DNA of 64,000 nucleotides from Gnetum montanum. Lineage: Eukaryota; Plantae; Gnetophyta. Location: contig MNCI01000593.1 in assembly GCA_015680685.1 (NCBI GenBank), positions 92,570 through 156,569 on the forward strand, written 5' to 3'. Shown one piece after another: positions 25,101 to 35,333 of the stretch. Below the pieces are notes generated by a model that had not been told where the DNA came from, searched no databases, and saw only the letters and a list, made by a program, of their open reading frames with translations. The translations under genes and the position numbers were made by a program. Numbering within the stretch: the stretch's first letter is position 1; the number at the start of each line of letters is the position of its first letter.

Positions 25101-27248
25101 CTGTTGATTTCGTTTTAATTTTATAGGTTAATGTTAGTTTGATTGTTGTTGTAAGAAAGCCATATATGCATTTGCTTCTTTCAACTAGCTTTCTTTCTAG
25201 GGGGGCTTCGGGTGTTAGCTCTTGCTCCCTATGAATAGGTATTACATCATTACATTGCTGTAAAAAGCTTGGTAGATGATCTTTGGACAACTGAAGTTAT
25301 TTAATCAAACTTGTGAGTTTGACATCCTTGTGGCTCATCAGGAGCTATGATTAATACTGTTAGCTAAGTGCTTAAGCAGTTTTCACATTGAAAACTTAAT
25401 GTGAATATAATATTTTCTAGTTAAAAAGCAAGAACAGTAATTTTGATCTAATTGAAAAAATATTTATGATTTGGGACTTATTTTATTTTTAGATTGTGTT
25501 TTTTCCCTTTTCTTTTTGCTATAAATCAAAAAAGCTGATGAGAGTTTTCATGTCCTCAAGATTTATTGGAGCAGCTGTTGTCATTGCAGCCAATGCTGGT
25601 GGTGCATGGACTCCCATTGGAGATGTAACTACTACCATGTTGTGGATACATGGACAGATATCCACTTTGCGAACTATGCAGGTCAATTGGCTTTCCTGAA
25701 GAATATGATGCACCATCATTTCTTTTTTTTTTTTCCAGTTTCTTATAAATGCTATATTTTCATGCAGGACCTTTTTATTCCTTCAATAATTTCATTGGCC
25801 GTGCCTTTAGCACTGATGACACTAACCAGGTTAGTCAGAGTTATACTTGGTGTAAATTTGCTATAATGTGGTAGCTATGTAGTATTTATTGGAATATACT
25901 TATCTGCTTTTCTATTCTTCTAGTGAAGTGCAAGATAAAAGAAACGAATTACCAGTTGTAGTTACATCAGAGCAATTGGCGCCAAGAGCACAACTTGTTT
26001 TTGCAGTTGGCATTGGAGCTCTCCTCTCTGTTCCTATTTTCAAGGCAGTTACAGGATTGCCTCCATATTTGGGCATGATTTTTGGGTTGGGAGTCTTATG
26101 GATATTAACGGATGCTATTCACTACGGGGACTCTGGACGTCAGAGGTTAAAAGTCCCACAAGCTCTTTCTCGGATTGACACGCAAGGGATCCTTTTCTTC
26201 CTAGGAATTCTTCTGTCTGTTGGAAGGTACTTCAAAAGTTCTCATTTAAAGAGAGATGTCTTGGAGTAGATTGTTTTTCTGTGTCTAAATTATATTCTTG
26301 CCTGCTAAATTAGTGCCCAAAGATTTTGATAGTTTTGTTTGGAACGTTTTTGTTCTTCTTGGATTTAAATGGTCACCTCCATAAACCTAAAAATTTTACT
26401 TCGTGAATATCTCTTCATGTTCCGTGAACAAAAGTTCAAAATTGGAGAAATAGAAGTCCCATATTTCAAAGCCACCAATTCTAATGAAATTCATATCCAA
26501 CTTGCCCAAATTGTAGCTGGTTAAACCAAAGGCATTACCAGAGTCATGGACTAGCGGTCAAAAAATGGAGTCACTATGAGATCAATCAAATGATATGTTT
26601 TTTCTAAGCCTGTGACATATACTGGATGATCTCTTTCATTCCCTGCTGATTTTCAGCGTGTATTGCTTTTGTGGTGCTGGGCAGTTTGGAGTCTGCTGGG
26701 GTTCTAAGAGAAGTAGCAGCTTATCTGAATTCAAGCATCCCAAGTGTAGAGCTGATTGCAAGCTCCATGGGCCTGGTTTCAGCAGTGATAGATAATGTGC
26801 CATTGGTGGCAGCCACAATGGGAATGTATGACAAATCGTCGTTTCCCATGGATTCAGAGCTGTGGCAGCTGATAGCATATTGTGCTGGCACCGGAGGCTC
26901 CATCCTTATCATAGGATCCGCAGCCGGTGTGGCCTTCATGGGCATGGAAAAGGCAGATTTCTTCTGGTACTTAAGCAAAGTAGGTCTCCCCAATTCATGA
27001 TATTTATTTATATATGTTACAAAACGCATTTCTATGGTTGACAAAATCTTTTTGTTTGAAGCAGGAACAATGAAAAGGAAAAACAAAACTCATACTAGAG
27101 TTTTATTAAAAATCTAACTTCTTTCATCTTTGTTTGAATTTCGCAGGTTAGCGGGTTTGCGTTTGCTGGTTATGCAGCAGGCCTTGCTGCATACGTGGCA
27201 ATCCATAATTTTCATTTGCCCTTACAAATGCCTTTTCTGTCCAGTTGA
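3977..27248 (+). CDS. NHD1: Plastid Na+/H+ antiporter, NhaD family (sodium/proton antiporter 1); 5'-incomplete in this window; 9 exons, 489 codons plus stop
   Basis: Exons 3977-4150, 4331-4459, 4600-4776, 22809-22915, 25561-25681, 25768-25829, 25924-26226, 26685-26979 and 27147-27248 splice GT-AG into one open frame. Motifs include CDPLCSVD, IIFEESLAFNKSG, LDNLTTTIVM, AANAGGAWTPIGDVTT, IDNVPLVAA and IGSAAGVAFMGME. Confidence 0.96.
4331..4459 (+). CDS. NHD1: NHD1 exon (NLAMALVFAFGYAGIIFEESLAFNKSG...RSIG)
   Basis: cag|AAT...GGG|gtaag; 129 nt. Confidence 0.93.
4600..4776 (+). CDS. NHD1: NHD1 exon (TPSSDVAV...FFLLGAMTIVEIIDAHQGF...LLWV)
   Basis: cag|ACT...GTG|gtacgt; 177 nt. Confidence 0.93.
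5530..6373. repeat. Tandem array, 4 x 211 bp
   Basis: Units start at 5530, 5741, 5952 and 6163. Copies 2 and 3 appear identical, copy 1 differs by about 1 nt, and copy 4 has several changes at its 3' end. Confidence 0.95.
6410..7239 (-). repeat. 3' LTR
   Basis: TGTTG...CATCA termini; adjoining TCTCTCACACCC is a PPT on the minus strand; contains an internal 33-bp tandem duplication near 6935-7010. Confidence 0.9.
9229..14230 (+). pseudogene. L1-a ORF2: APE endonuclease - RT - zf-RVT - extra domain(s)
   Basis: MKILS*NCWG*G, CLQETK, MGDFN, LDITKAYD, GLRQGD, YADD and CCHAALETLNHF motifs; many TGG>TAG/TGA stops. Confidence 0.88.
11826..12397 (+). mobile_element. Solo LTR (572 bp) inserted in L1-a ORF2
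   Basis: TGTT...AACA termini and a perfect 5-bp TSD ATTTT (11821-11825 and 12398-12402). Removal rejoins the L1 WVQIL-TQK segment. The strand given is arbitrary. Confidence 0.9.
14270..16007 (-). pseudogene. Degenerate gag-protease
   Basis: MAPKKK start, MKFMLKQK.EKT gag segment, FIDGGAQEN / PHPNPYKVHWL / CDVLPID protease; homologous to the 564-2268 proteins. Confidence 0.88.
16302..17146 (-). repeat. 5' LTR
   Basis: Collinear with 6410-7239 with many transitions; adjacent to the iMet PBS. Confidence 0.9.
19737..21859 (-). mobile_element. Young 5'-truncated L1-clade LINE (L1-b) with an extended ORF2 C-terminus
   Basis: Perfect 18-bp TSD ATCAATTTGTGTTTTATT (19719-19736 and 21860-21877), poly(A) tail, GC/CpG-rich sequence, zf-RVT CPTCDAAAETAQHFAAECP and WVAWKARNNAIF motifs. 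Confidence 0.92.
20136..20420 (-). pseudogene. DnaJ J-domain coding segment at the 3' end of L1-b
   Basis: CPYLILGINCESSWMELRRHIRRTSARYHPDAGASQEDRGRRESLMQGLQQAASFVDTEDHRNTLD follows the J-domain pattern with an intact HPD (20309-20301). Confidence 0.8.
22809..22915 (+). CDS. NHD1: NHD1 exon (VGIMTFFLSSILDNLTTTIVMVSLLRKLIPDPEYR), not in the ORF track
   Basis: tttcag|GTT...CGAAG|gtatag; 107 nt; fills the missing conserved segment with the correct phase. Confidence 0.93.
25561..25681 (+). CDS. NHD1: NHD1 exon (FIGAAVVIAANAGGAWTPIGDVTTTMLW...MQ)
   Basis: caag|A...CAG|gtc; 121 nt. Confidence 0.92.
25768..25829 (+). CDS. NHD1: NHD1 exon (DLFIPSIISLAVPLALMTLT)
   Basis: tgcag|GAC...AG|gttagt; 62 nt. 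Confidence 0.92.
25924..26226 (+). CDS. NHD1: NHD1 exon (EVQDK...TGLPPY...DTQGILFFLGILLSVG)
   Basis: ctag|T...AG|gtac; 303 nt. Confidence 0.93.
26685..26979 (+). CDS. NHD1: NHD1 exon (LESAG...DNVPLVAATMGMY...FFWYLSK)
   Basis: gcag|T...AAA|gtaggt; 295 nt. Confidence 0.93.
27147..27248 (+). CDS. NHD1: NHD1 last exon (VSGFAFAGYAAGLAAYVAIHNFHLPLQMPFLSS*)
   Basis: cgcag|GTT...TGA; 102 nt. Confidence 0.93.
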   Translation, partial: VSGFAFAGYAAGLAAYVAIHNFHLPLQMPFLSS

Positions 27249-28582
27249 GCTGAACCGTGCTCACTGTTCATCTTTGTTATGGGATCTCCCTTTTAAAGAA
27301 AGGCGGGATTTGCTGAAAATTGAAAATGCCACGATCCTTTCACATGACAGTAAATAGATTTGCATCTTTTGAAGAGCTAATACACCTTTGGAAGAAAAAA
27401 CAAAAAAGGAAAAGAAAAACACATTCTGTTTCAAGTTTTGGTATTTTTACTCACGGTAACGGGATCCATTTAAGTACGAGAATATAGAGACGGACAAACG
27501 TACAGGAAATTCGGTACATTCGCGTCTTGTGGAGAAAAAGTTCACGCTTTCACACATTCTTTGGACTTGTAACTATTTCACTTCAAAATTTGCTATTGCT
27601 TAGGAAATAGTGATATAAGAATGATGGAAACCAAAAACCACATTTATACGATGATGCTGAGGAAAAGAGATAAAGCAAAGAGAGAAAGAGGAGACTAGGA
27701 AGCAGAATAAATTATAATTAGAAATGAAAAATTAAAATAGAAATGAACTAAGAAAATTTAGACAAAGTAAACGGTAACAAAATGAATAATTAAATCCAAG
27801 TAGTTTGTAAAATCCAATTTTAGCTTTATTTTAAAATACTTTTACCATTAGGATTTGCAACTTAAAGTTGATTTTAGTTAACTATTTTAAAAAATCACGC
27901 GGACGTCATCATCAAGATAGAAGAGATAAAAGATGAAAATATTAGAACTTTAGATAGTTTTATTACTTTGCAAATCAAGTTTTAGTATATCATTGTTAAT
28001 GCAATGGAGTGTGCTTGCCAAAACTCTTAAGTGCCACTTGCAACTAGTTATAATATGGAACAACGTGTGTATTGGTGTTATTATAACATGTTTCAACATG
28101 TGTGATTTGTATTCAACGAATCACAATTTTGATGCAAATAGGCAATCATTAATATATACATGTATTATAAAATATTTGGGAAAATTAAATTGGTCCAATA
28201 GATCCATAGGGTTTTAGATGTAATTGAAAACAATTAATGTTTCATAATGAATTAGTTGTAGTAAATCATTACCAACTCTTTAAACTATTTTAATGGGTTA
28301 ATGGGTTAGCTCATCTATTACAAGAGAAACTTAAAACCTTTTGGTTTAAAAGATATTGTATTTAAACGAAACATATCTTACAAGCTTAGCTCAAACACAT
28401 AACCTAGTAGATGGTAAGCCATTCCATTTAAACAGTTGCCATTGAACTATAACACCATTATTATGAAATGAGCAAAATATGAGCTCTAAGTTTCACAAGT
28501 TTGATTTAGTGGGTAATGTTGAAGGGAAAATAAAAAAAAAAAGGTTGTTGGGGGTCCGGGTGGGGGTGGGTTGGTTAGTTGG

Positions 28583-28827
28583 NNNNNNNNNNNNNNNNNN
28601 NNNNNNNNNNNNNNNNNNNNNNNNNNNNNNNNNNNNNNNNNNNNNNNNNNNNNNNNNNNNNNNNNNNNNNNNNNNNNNNNNNNNNNNNNNNNNNNNNNNN
28701 NNNNNNNNNNNNNNNNNNNNNNNNNNNNNNNNNNNNNNNNNNNNNNNNNNNNNNNNNNNNNNNNNNNNNNNNNNNNNNNNNNNNNNNNNNNNNNNNNNNN
28801 NNNNNNNNNNNNNNNNNNNNNNNNNNN
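28583..28827. other. Assembly gap (further gaps at 19979-20119 and 20784-20810)
   Basis: Run of N. The true size is probably larger, because the left ends of several nested LTRs are missing here. Confidence 0.95.
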
Positions 28828-30049
28828 TAATTTTATTTCAAAAATTTAAGAATTGAAGGAGGGTTAATTAAAGAGGGCAGAAGAGGGGTACCTCATCAAA
28901 ATAAGGGCAGTCATATTAACTTGATAGTTCACTGTTTGAAGCTTATGAAGAAGTTAAATAGTATGAAAATGGGGGTATTAGAGATGGAATCCCTCTTTAA
29001 AAATTCAGAATGCTATCATGGATCATTTGTCCAGAGTTCATTTTCAGCAAGATTGTCCCTTGTAATGAAGGTGTGGTATTCTTTCATTTGTCCAGAGTTC
29101 ATTTTCAGCAACATTGTCCCCTTTTCAGCAACACTGTCCCCTGCAATGAAGAAGTTGCTAGTTGCTGTAATGTTGTTTACAGCTTTGAAACTATGGGACT
29201 TGGCATAATTTTATTAAAACAAATGTTTCACTGTGCTTGAAAGTCGGTCTTATTGCGATGAGGACTCACCGTTGCGTGAACAAGCTGCAAAGACAAAATT
29301 ACTTAATTTCATTGTGAGTTGGGACATTTTGGTGTATTATGTTTAATATGGCAGCAAAAGGAGATTAATTTAACATTGGAGCAATACTTTTAAAATGATA
29401 TCTATATTGTGATTTAGGAAAAAGGAGGATTTGGAAAAAAGACATTTGAAGAATTCTTGTAAGGTGGCTTGCTAAAGACATCAATTTAGCTGCTTTGTTT
29501 AAATCATGTGAGTTCAATTATTTCCATTTTGTTTTACTTTCTTAGCTAATGGTTTAGATAGTATCATGATTGACATTTAATTTTGAGATTTGTCTTAGGT
29601 TGCTTTTATAACTCTATTTTTAGGTAGTATTAGATTTGCTATAGAAGAGCTCACGTTGTTGAAAGCCTCAAGAGCAATTTAATAGTAATGTCTTAATGAA
29701 ATTACCTGTTTTAAGCATAAAGGATCTAGGAAAATCTTCTACCACTTTGTATCAAAAGATGAGCTATCTAGCGTTCATTATGCAAGCAAATCTTTTAACA
29801 ATGGATCTAGTGATACTTATTCCCTATCAAGTTTTGAAGAAGATATATCATCAAATAAGGAGTGTAATAATAATGAGGAAAATGAATATAATCTTTGATC
29901 AATAGAAAGATTAATTATTTCTAGGCCTCCAAACGTCATTTCTAATCCATTTACTAAGAGAAAGGTTTTTAAACCAAGTAGAAAAGAGAAAAATAAAAGT
30001 AAAGAAGATCAAGTAGAGCAAAGTACTCAAAATCAACCTCTTAATAAAT

Positions 30050-30971
30050 GGATGAAGAAACCAAGCTTTTATGGAGATGGAGATTATGATCTAGTTGAAG
30101 ATCTCAAGCATGTTAGAGTAAATATTAGCATATATTAATTACTACAAATTGGAGATTAGCAAAGGAAAGCTTTAGAGTTTATTAAAGGTAAAAAGAGAGT
30201 TGGAGAATCAGAGTTAAGCTATGTATCTAACATTGACAAGACAATAAAAACTAGCTAATGTACTCCTAATAGGGAAGCTCCTCCTTTTCTTTTGACAATG
30301 AAGTTAAAGGATGAGCATCTTTGCAATTGCTTAGTTGATTTTGGAGCTACATCTACTATCAAGTTGTTATCCATATGCAAGAAAACTTGGTTTGATCCTT
30401 GAAAAATCCAATAAAAATATCATCCAAGTGGATATAAGTAGGGTGAAAATTGTCGGTTAGCTACCCTATGTTTTCTTAGAAATCGCTTCTGAACCACGTA
30501 TCAAAAGTAGAGTAACTATTCAAGTGGCAGACATACCAGATTCACAGTCTCTTGTTGAGTAGAGGTTGGAGTAAGAATTTCTCAGGATATATATCAACAA
30601 ATTATTCTAACATGTGGTTACCTTGGAAAGGGAAACTGAATCAAATATACATATATAGTGAACCTTTAATGATGGAAAACGTTACTTCAAATGGGAAAAA
30701 CAAAGTTGATGAAACAAGCTCTTTGGAATCCAAAATTTGCACACTTCAAGAAGTTTATAACTTGGAAAACGAGAATTCTCAAGATGAGAGCAAGTGGGAA
30801 CTATACTTTGATGGTTCTTGTAACTCCAAAGGTGTAGAAGCTGAAGTAGTTTTAGTAAATGATGATTCCCCAAAAATTTTCAATGCAATGCCTCTATCTT
30901 TTCATTGTACTAATAAGAAGGCTGAATATGAAGCCTTGACTATTGAAATTAAAACAACATTTGAAAACTAA
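30050..30971 (+). pseudogene. Gag C-terminus, aspartic protease and archaeal-type RNase H fragment
   Basis: YDLVEDLK..ISI, PPFLLT..NCLVDFGA, LLSRGWS, WELYFDGS and CTNKKAEYEAL. Confidence 0.82.
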
Positions 30972-31330
30972 AAGGAGATATTTTCTAGAAATAATGCTGT
31001 AAAAGATAACGAGGACTGAAAAAGAGGGAACACCGTAAAAACAAAAGAAAGAGAAGAAAGCTTGGGTTACATCAAATATTGAGTACGATCAAATCCAAGA
31101 TAAGAAGATTCCTAAGTGTCTTTTTGACCACTATTTTCCCTTCTACTGAGTTAGTTCATGCTATGACTTCACTTGTATATTTTTTCATTTTTGTTTCTTA
31201 GGAATGTGGTTTTTATACAACCAAACCTTAAGTTTGATGGGAATTTTCCTCAAAAAGATTGTTTTTCACTTACACTTCGGTTTAAAATGGAGCTTGCATA
31301 AACTTCTTTAATCATTTGAAGGGGGAGAAA

Positions 31331-33889
31331 TGTTGACACATTTATGCCATTTCATGGAACAGTGATAGGCATTACCCAGAACATTTGGTTCATAATTTTA
31401 TTTCAAAAATTTAAGAATTGAATGAGGGTTAATTAAAGAGGGCAGAAGAGGGGTACCTCATCAAAATAAGGGCAGTCATATTAACCTGATAGTTCACTGT
31501 TTGAAGCTTATGAAGAAGTTAAATAGTATGAAAATGGGGGTATTAGAGATGGAATCCCTCTTTAAAAATTCAGAATGCTATCACGGATCATTTGTCCAGA
31601 GTTCATTTTCATTTTCAGCAACATCGTCCACTGCAATGAAGGTGTGGTATTCTTTCCAAGCACTTGACAACCTTGCATTGTCCTGCTCTTTCTGCAACGT
31701 GCTCATTGAAATTCAGGATACACTGAAATCACCCCTAGCCAAAGAGGGCTCATCCTGAGAAGGGCAGACAAGATAAGAATGAGTTTTATGATTTTTTTTT
31801 ATATGTCTATGGGCTGGGTTGGATATCCAGCATTTTGAAATGATGCTTCAGGAAACATGTTAACAGGGTTTGGCAGATATCGGCACTGTATGCATTGTAA
31901 TCCACATCGTGGGTGCAGATCAGGTTTTTATACAGCTCATTTTTAAGGTTGATGAAAGTACCATCTCCAATAGATGGCAAATAGCCGAGTTTCAAAACAA
32001 ATCAAAGTCAATCCTAACACCATTTGGACCAACTGAAACTGTCCGCATTTAGATAGTGCCGTCGGTGCAACAATGGTGGCAGATATTGCCCAGAATAGGG
32101 TAGGTAAAGGTGACGGAGGAGAAACAATAATGCCCAAGTGCCCAGCAGCAGAGCCACAAGTAACCGAGGGACGCCAGCAAGCACATGCCGGCCATGATGC
32201 TGAACGTGATCGGGAACAAGCCATCATCACCGATGGACGATGAATCCACCAACTACCCACTACATACGATCGTAACATATCTATGTGCGGCCATTATTCA
32301 ACCGAATTCCCTCTTGAATTTGAAGTAACAGTCATTTAAACTTAAAAAGGCAATGAAAACACTTGAGGTTGCAGTCCCAGAATTAGTTTTATTCCATATT
32401 GAAGATCCACAATTGCAAATGAATTGCAATGAGTTGCAGATACTCTGAGAAGCATCAGCGATGGGTAATGCAGCAGAAAGTGCAACAGAGGATGAAGATG
32501 CAGCGATCTACGCAACAGAGTTGTCAGACGCCAATCTCCTGAGTGATTTTGACTTGAATTTTGATGACGATGATTCCTTCTCAGACTTTCCAGAGTTCGA
32601 GAATAAACCATCTGTTCTGTATGTTCTACCCATCCAAGCAATTCTTCCTCCCATTTCTGGTCCTAATGATCCCATCTACAACCAATAGAAATTGAGAATC
32701 TGCAGGCTGCGGCAGGACCCCAATCCGGCAGGAATTGTTCCAAACGAGGAATTGTTGAATAGCTGAAGCACCTCCAGCTGCTGTAATTGGCCGATACGAG
32801 CATGAATAGGACCATCCAGAAAATTATCGGACAAATTCGGGGACCCCAGAAGGCTGCACTTCAAAATGGACTCCCGAATGGCTCCTGACAGTCCGTTATC
32901 GAATGTTACAAAAACGGCAAATAAAACAGGTTGTCGATATTTCGCAGCAGAGTACCAGAAGGTTGATTAGATTCGAGCATCAGGTACTGCAGAGACGTCC
33001 GTCCGTTTGCAGTGGCAAGGGTTAGGGTTAGGTTGCAGAATGCTTCTATAGCCTGCACTTTTCTTTGCCACATCCTCCTCGCCTGTCGTTTTTTCAGATA
33101 TTTCTCGTGTTGTTTCTTTGCCGCTTCCGCCTGGTCCTGCCGTTGCAGGCGTGCTGTTTGGGATCTTCTTGAACTTCTGCAGAAAACGCGAGCCTGAGCA
33201 CGTTGCTGTAAATTGGGGAAAACTGAGCGCGTAAGAAGCTGTACACCTCAAATCCGCGTAAATGCTGCCTCCATCGTTCCTCCATTGTTTGCCAGAAGCA
33301 GCTGCAGCTGCCGTAATGTTGTTTACAGCTTTGAAACTATGGCACCGGCCATAATTTTATTAAAACATATGTTTCACTGGGCTTGAAAGTCGGCGAGGAC
33401 TGGCCGTTGGGTGAACAAGCTAAAAAGACAAAACTGCTTAATTTCATCATCAGATGGGACGTTTTGCTGTATTATGTTTAATATGGCGGCAAAAGGAGAT
33501 TAATTTAACATTGAAACGATACTTTTAAAAAGATATCTATACTGTGATTTAGGAAAAAGGAGGCTTTGGGAAAAGACATTTGAAAAATTCTTAGAAGATG
33601 GTTTGCTAAAGACATTAATTCAGCGGCTTTGTTTTAATTCTATGAGTTCAATTTTTCCCATTTTGTTCTAGATTTTTAGCTAATGGTTTAGATAGTATCA
33701 TGTTTGGTATATAATTTTGGAATTTGTCCTAGGTTGCTTTTATAGCTATGTTTTTGTGCAATATTAGACTTCTATTAAGATTTACCATAGAAGAGCTCAT
33801 GTTGTTGAAAGCCTCAAGAGCGATTTAATAGTAATGTTTTAACGAAATTGCTTGTTTTAAGCATAAAGGATCTAGGAAAATCTTTGATA
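31331..33889 (+). repeat. 3' LTR (~2.56 kb) containing ~1.65 kb absent from the 5' LTR
   Basis: 31393-31656 matches 28828-29085, and 33295-33889 matches 29150-29744. Confidence 0.82.
32650..32845 (-). pseudogene. Captured plant LRR (LRR-RLK/RLP-type) gene fragment
   Basis: NLSDNFLDGPIHARIGQLQQLEVLQLFNNSSFGTIPAGLGSCRSLQILN gives two plant-specific LxxLxLxxNxxxGxIP repeats. Confidence 0.8.
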
Positions 33890-34575
33890 TTTTGACGGGA
33901 CCAAAATAGCTTCTTTATTTTTAAAGTGTATTGCCTTGGTATGTCAATCAAGAAATTGTCAAATTTTTTGAAAGTTTTGTTGAATGCAATCTTTGACAAC
34001 TATTAACTAGCCAAAATAGAGACTTGTACTTTGCAACTTATGCAACGATTTTTGGTAGTATAATAAGATTGTCTTTATGAAATTGCTTGTTGAGCTTACA
34101 AAGTTTGAACAATTTGTAGTTATTGAATTAGGAATAGCTTTATTGCGATGTGTTTACTTGTATCAATTTATTTTGCATAAATATTTGAGGTTTCACATAA
34201 ATCTGCTTTCTTTTCTTTCTCTCTCTCTATTTATAGTTTTCTTATGGAACTCTCTTTGGGGAAAATTAAGAGTAGATTGGCAGAATTGTGCTCACAGTAT
34301 TAGACAAAATTAGCTGAATCTCTTTTATGATGGCCAATTATAGTTTCATACACAACCCAACCATTCCAACATTTGCAACAGCAAACACATACTCATGATT
34401 AATTCGTTTCATAATCACTGAGTTTATTTGAGGGTATTTGGGCCTTGGTGTTGCTAGAGACTAGTAAGCACCTAAACCCTGTTTGAAGAACACTTTCGAT
34501 CTTGTGACCCCAATAGGTCACGAGACTCGGAGGCCCAACTCATGTTGGCAGTTTGGTCCTAAACAGTTGTCAACA
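33890..34575. mobile_element. Probable terminal part of another LTR, inserted in the Athila 5' LTR
   Basis: Ends in ...GTCAACA exactly where similarity to the 61418-62298 LTR begins. No coding signal. Confidence 0.5.
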
Positions 34576-35185
34576 CTTGTACTTGGGCACAAGTATGACC
34601 TACAATAAAGATCGAGCTATTTCATACTATTGTAGCATTCTCCTAGTTTCCTATTTTATTTAGAATAATATTTCCTATTTTCTAGCTTAATGATTTACTT
34701 TTCCAAAGTACACTTTACACTTGCTATTGTTAGTATGTGGAATGGATACAACTAATTTTGAGCATAAAGTGTGATCATTTGGTAACTCAGTAGTATTAAA
34801 GCTTGGTTTGCCCAGTAGTGAGGTACTTAGTAATCCCAATAATGATTACATAAGTCTAAGATGTGTATAGAAAATTAGGAACAGATATCCATAGCCTTAG
34901 GCTAGCATAGATTGGTTTACTTGTTTCATCTAGACTTAGGGACCATTTCCATTCTCATCATGTTCACTAAGAGTACTAATGGCCGAACAACATTAGATAT
35001 CATATACTTCACGGTGAGCTAAACCATACACATAGACTTCACTAGCATCACGTGGGAAGACAACGGTCATGAACTTAAACAATTACTAGCATATTCACAT
35101 TGCCTCATCCACGAATTACGATCAAGTCACGTGTGGATACTCATGACTTGTATGGTTGGGTGTTGGATTACTCCATTACTCATCA
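34576..35185 (+). repeat. 5' LTR (visible part) of the Athila-like element
   Basis: Collinear with 61688-62298; ends CATCA. Confidence 0.9.
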
Positions 35186-35186
35186 T

Positions 35187-35204
35187 TGGCATCGTTACTG
35201 AGGA
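35187..35204 (+). promoter_or_regulatory. PBS, tRNA-Asp type
   Basis: TGGCATCGTTACTGAGGA versus canonical TGGCGCCGTTGCCGGGGA; differences are transitions only. Confidence 0.75.
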
Positions 35205-35333
35205 TGTGTTAATGTATGCTAAGTAATTGATTTTATAAAGTTTGTTGTATCAAGAATCCAAGTTAAAATTCATAACCTCTTAAAAATTCTAAACAATTAA
35301 GCACACTCAACCAAACATTTGAAAACCATAACA

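Larger units (their letters stand above)
28828..33889 (+). mobile_element. Non-autonomous Tat-type Ty3/gypsy element with unequal LTRs
   Basis: 5' LTR (gap)-29744, degenerate iMet-like PBS TTGTATCAAA at ~29747, internal gag-end/PR/aRNase H, PPT GAAGGGGGAGAAA at 31318-31330, and 3' LTR 31331-33889 starting TGTTGAC. Confidence 0.82.

Noticed and set aside
23000-25400. TE or hidden exon in the 2.6-kb NHD1 intron
   Set aside because: Short local repeats and A/T-rich tracts only; no termini or coding motifs I can support, and the CDS is continuous without it.
3977-27248. Bacterial nhaD contamination or recent horizontal transfer
   Set aside because: Spliceosomal introns and close similarity to plant NHD1 make it a normal nuclear gene.
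28479-28856. ORFs spanning N runs (also 19789-20260)
   Set aside because: Artefacts of assembly gaps.
35187-35204. tRNA gene
   Set aside because: Only an 18-nt complement of a tRNA 3' end next to an LTR, i.e. a PBS; no cloverleaf.
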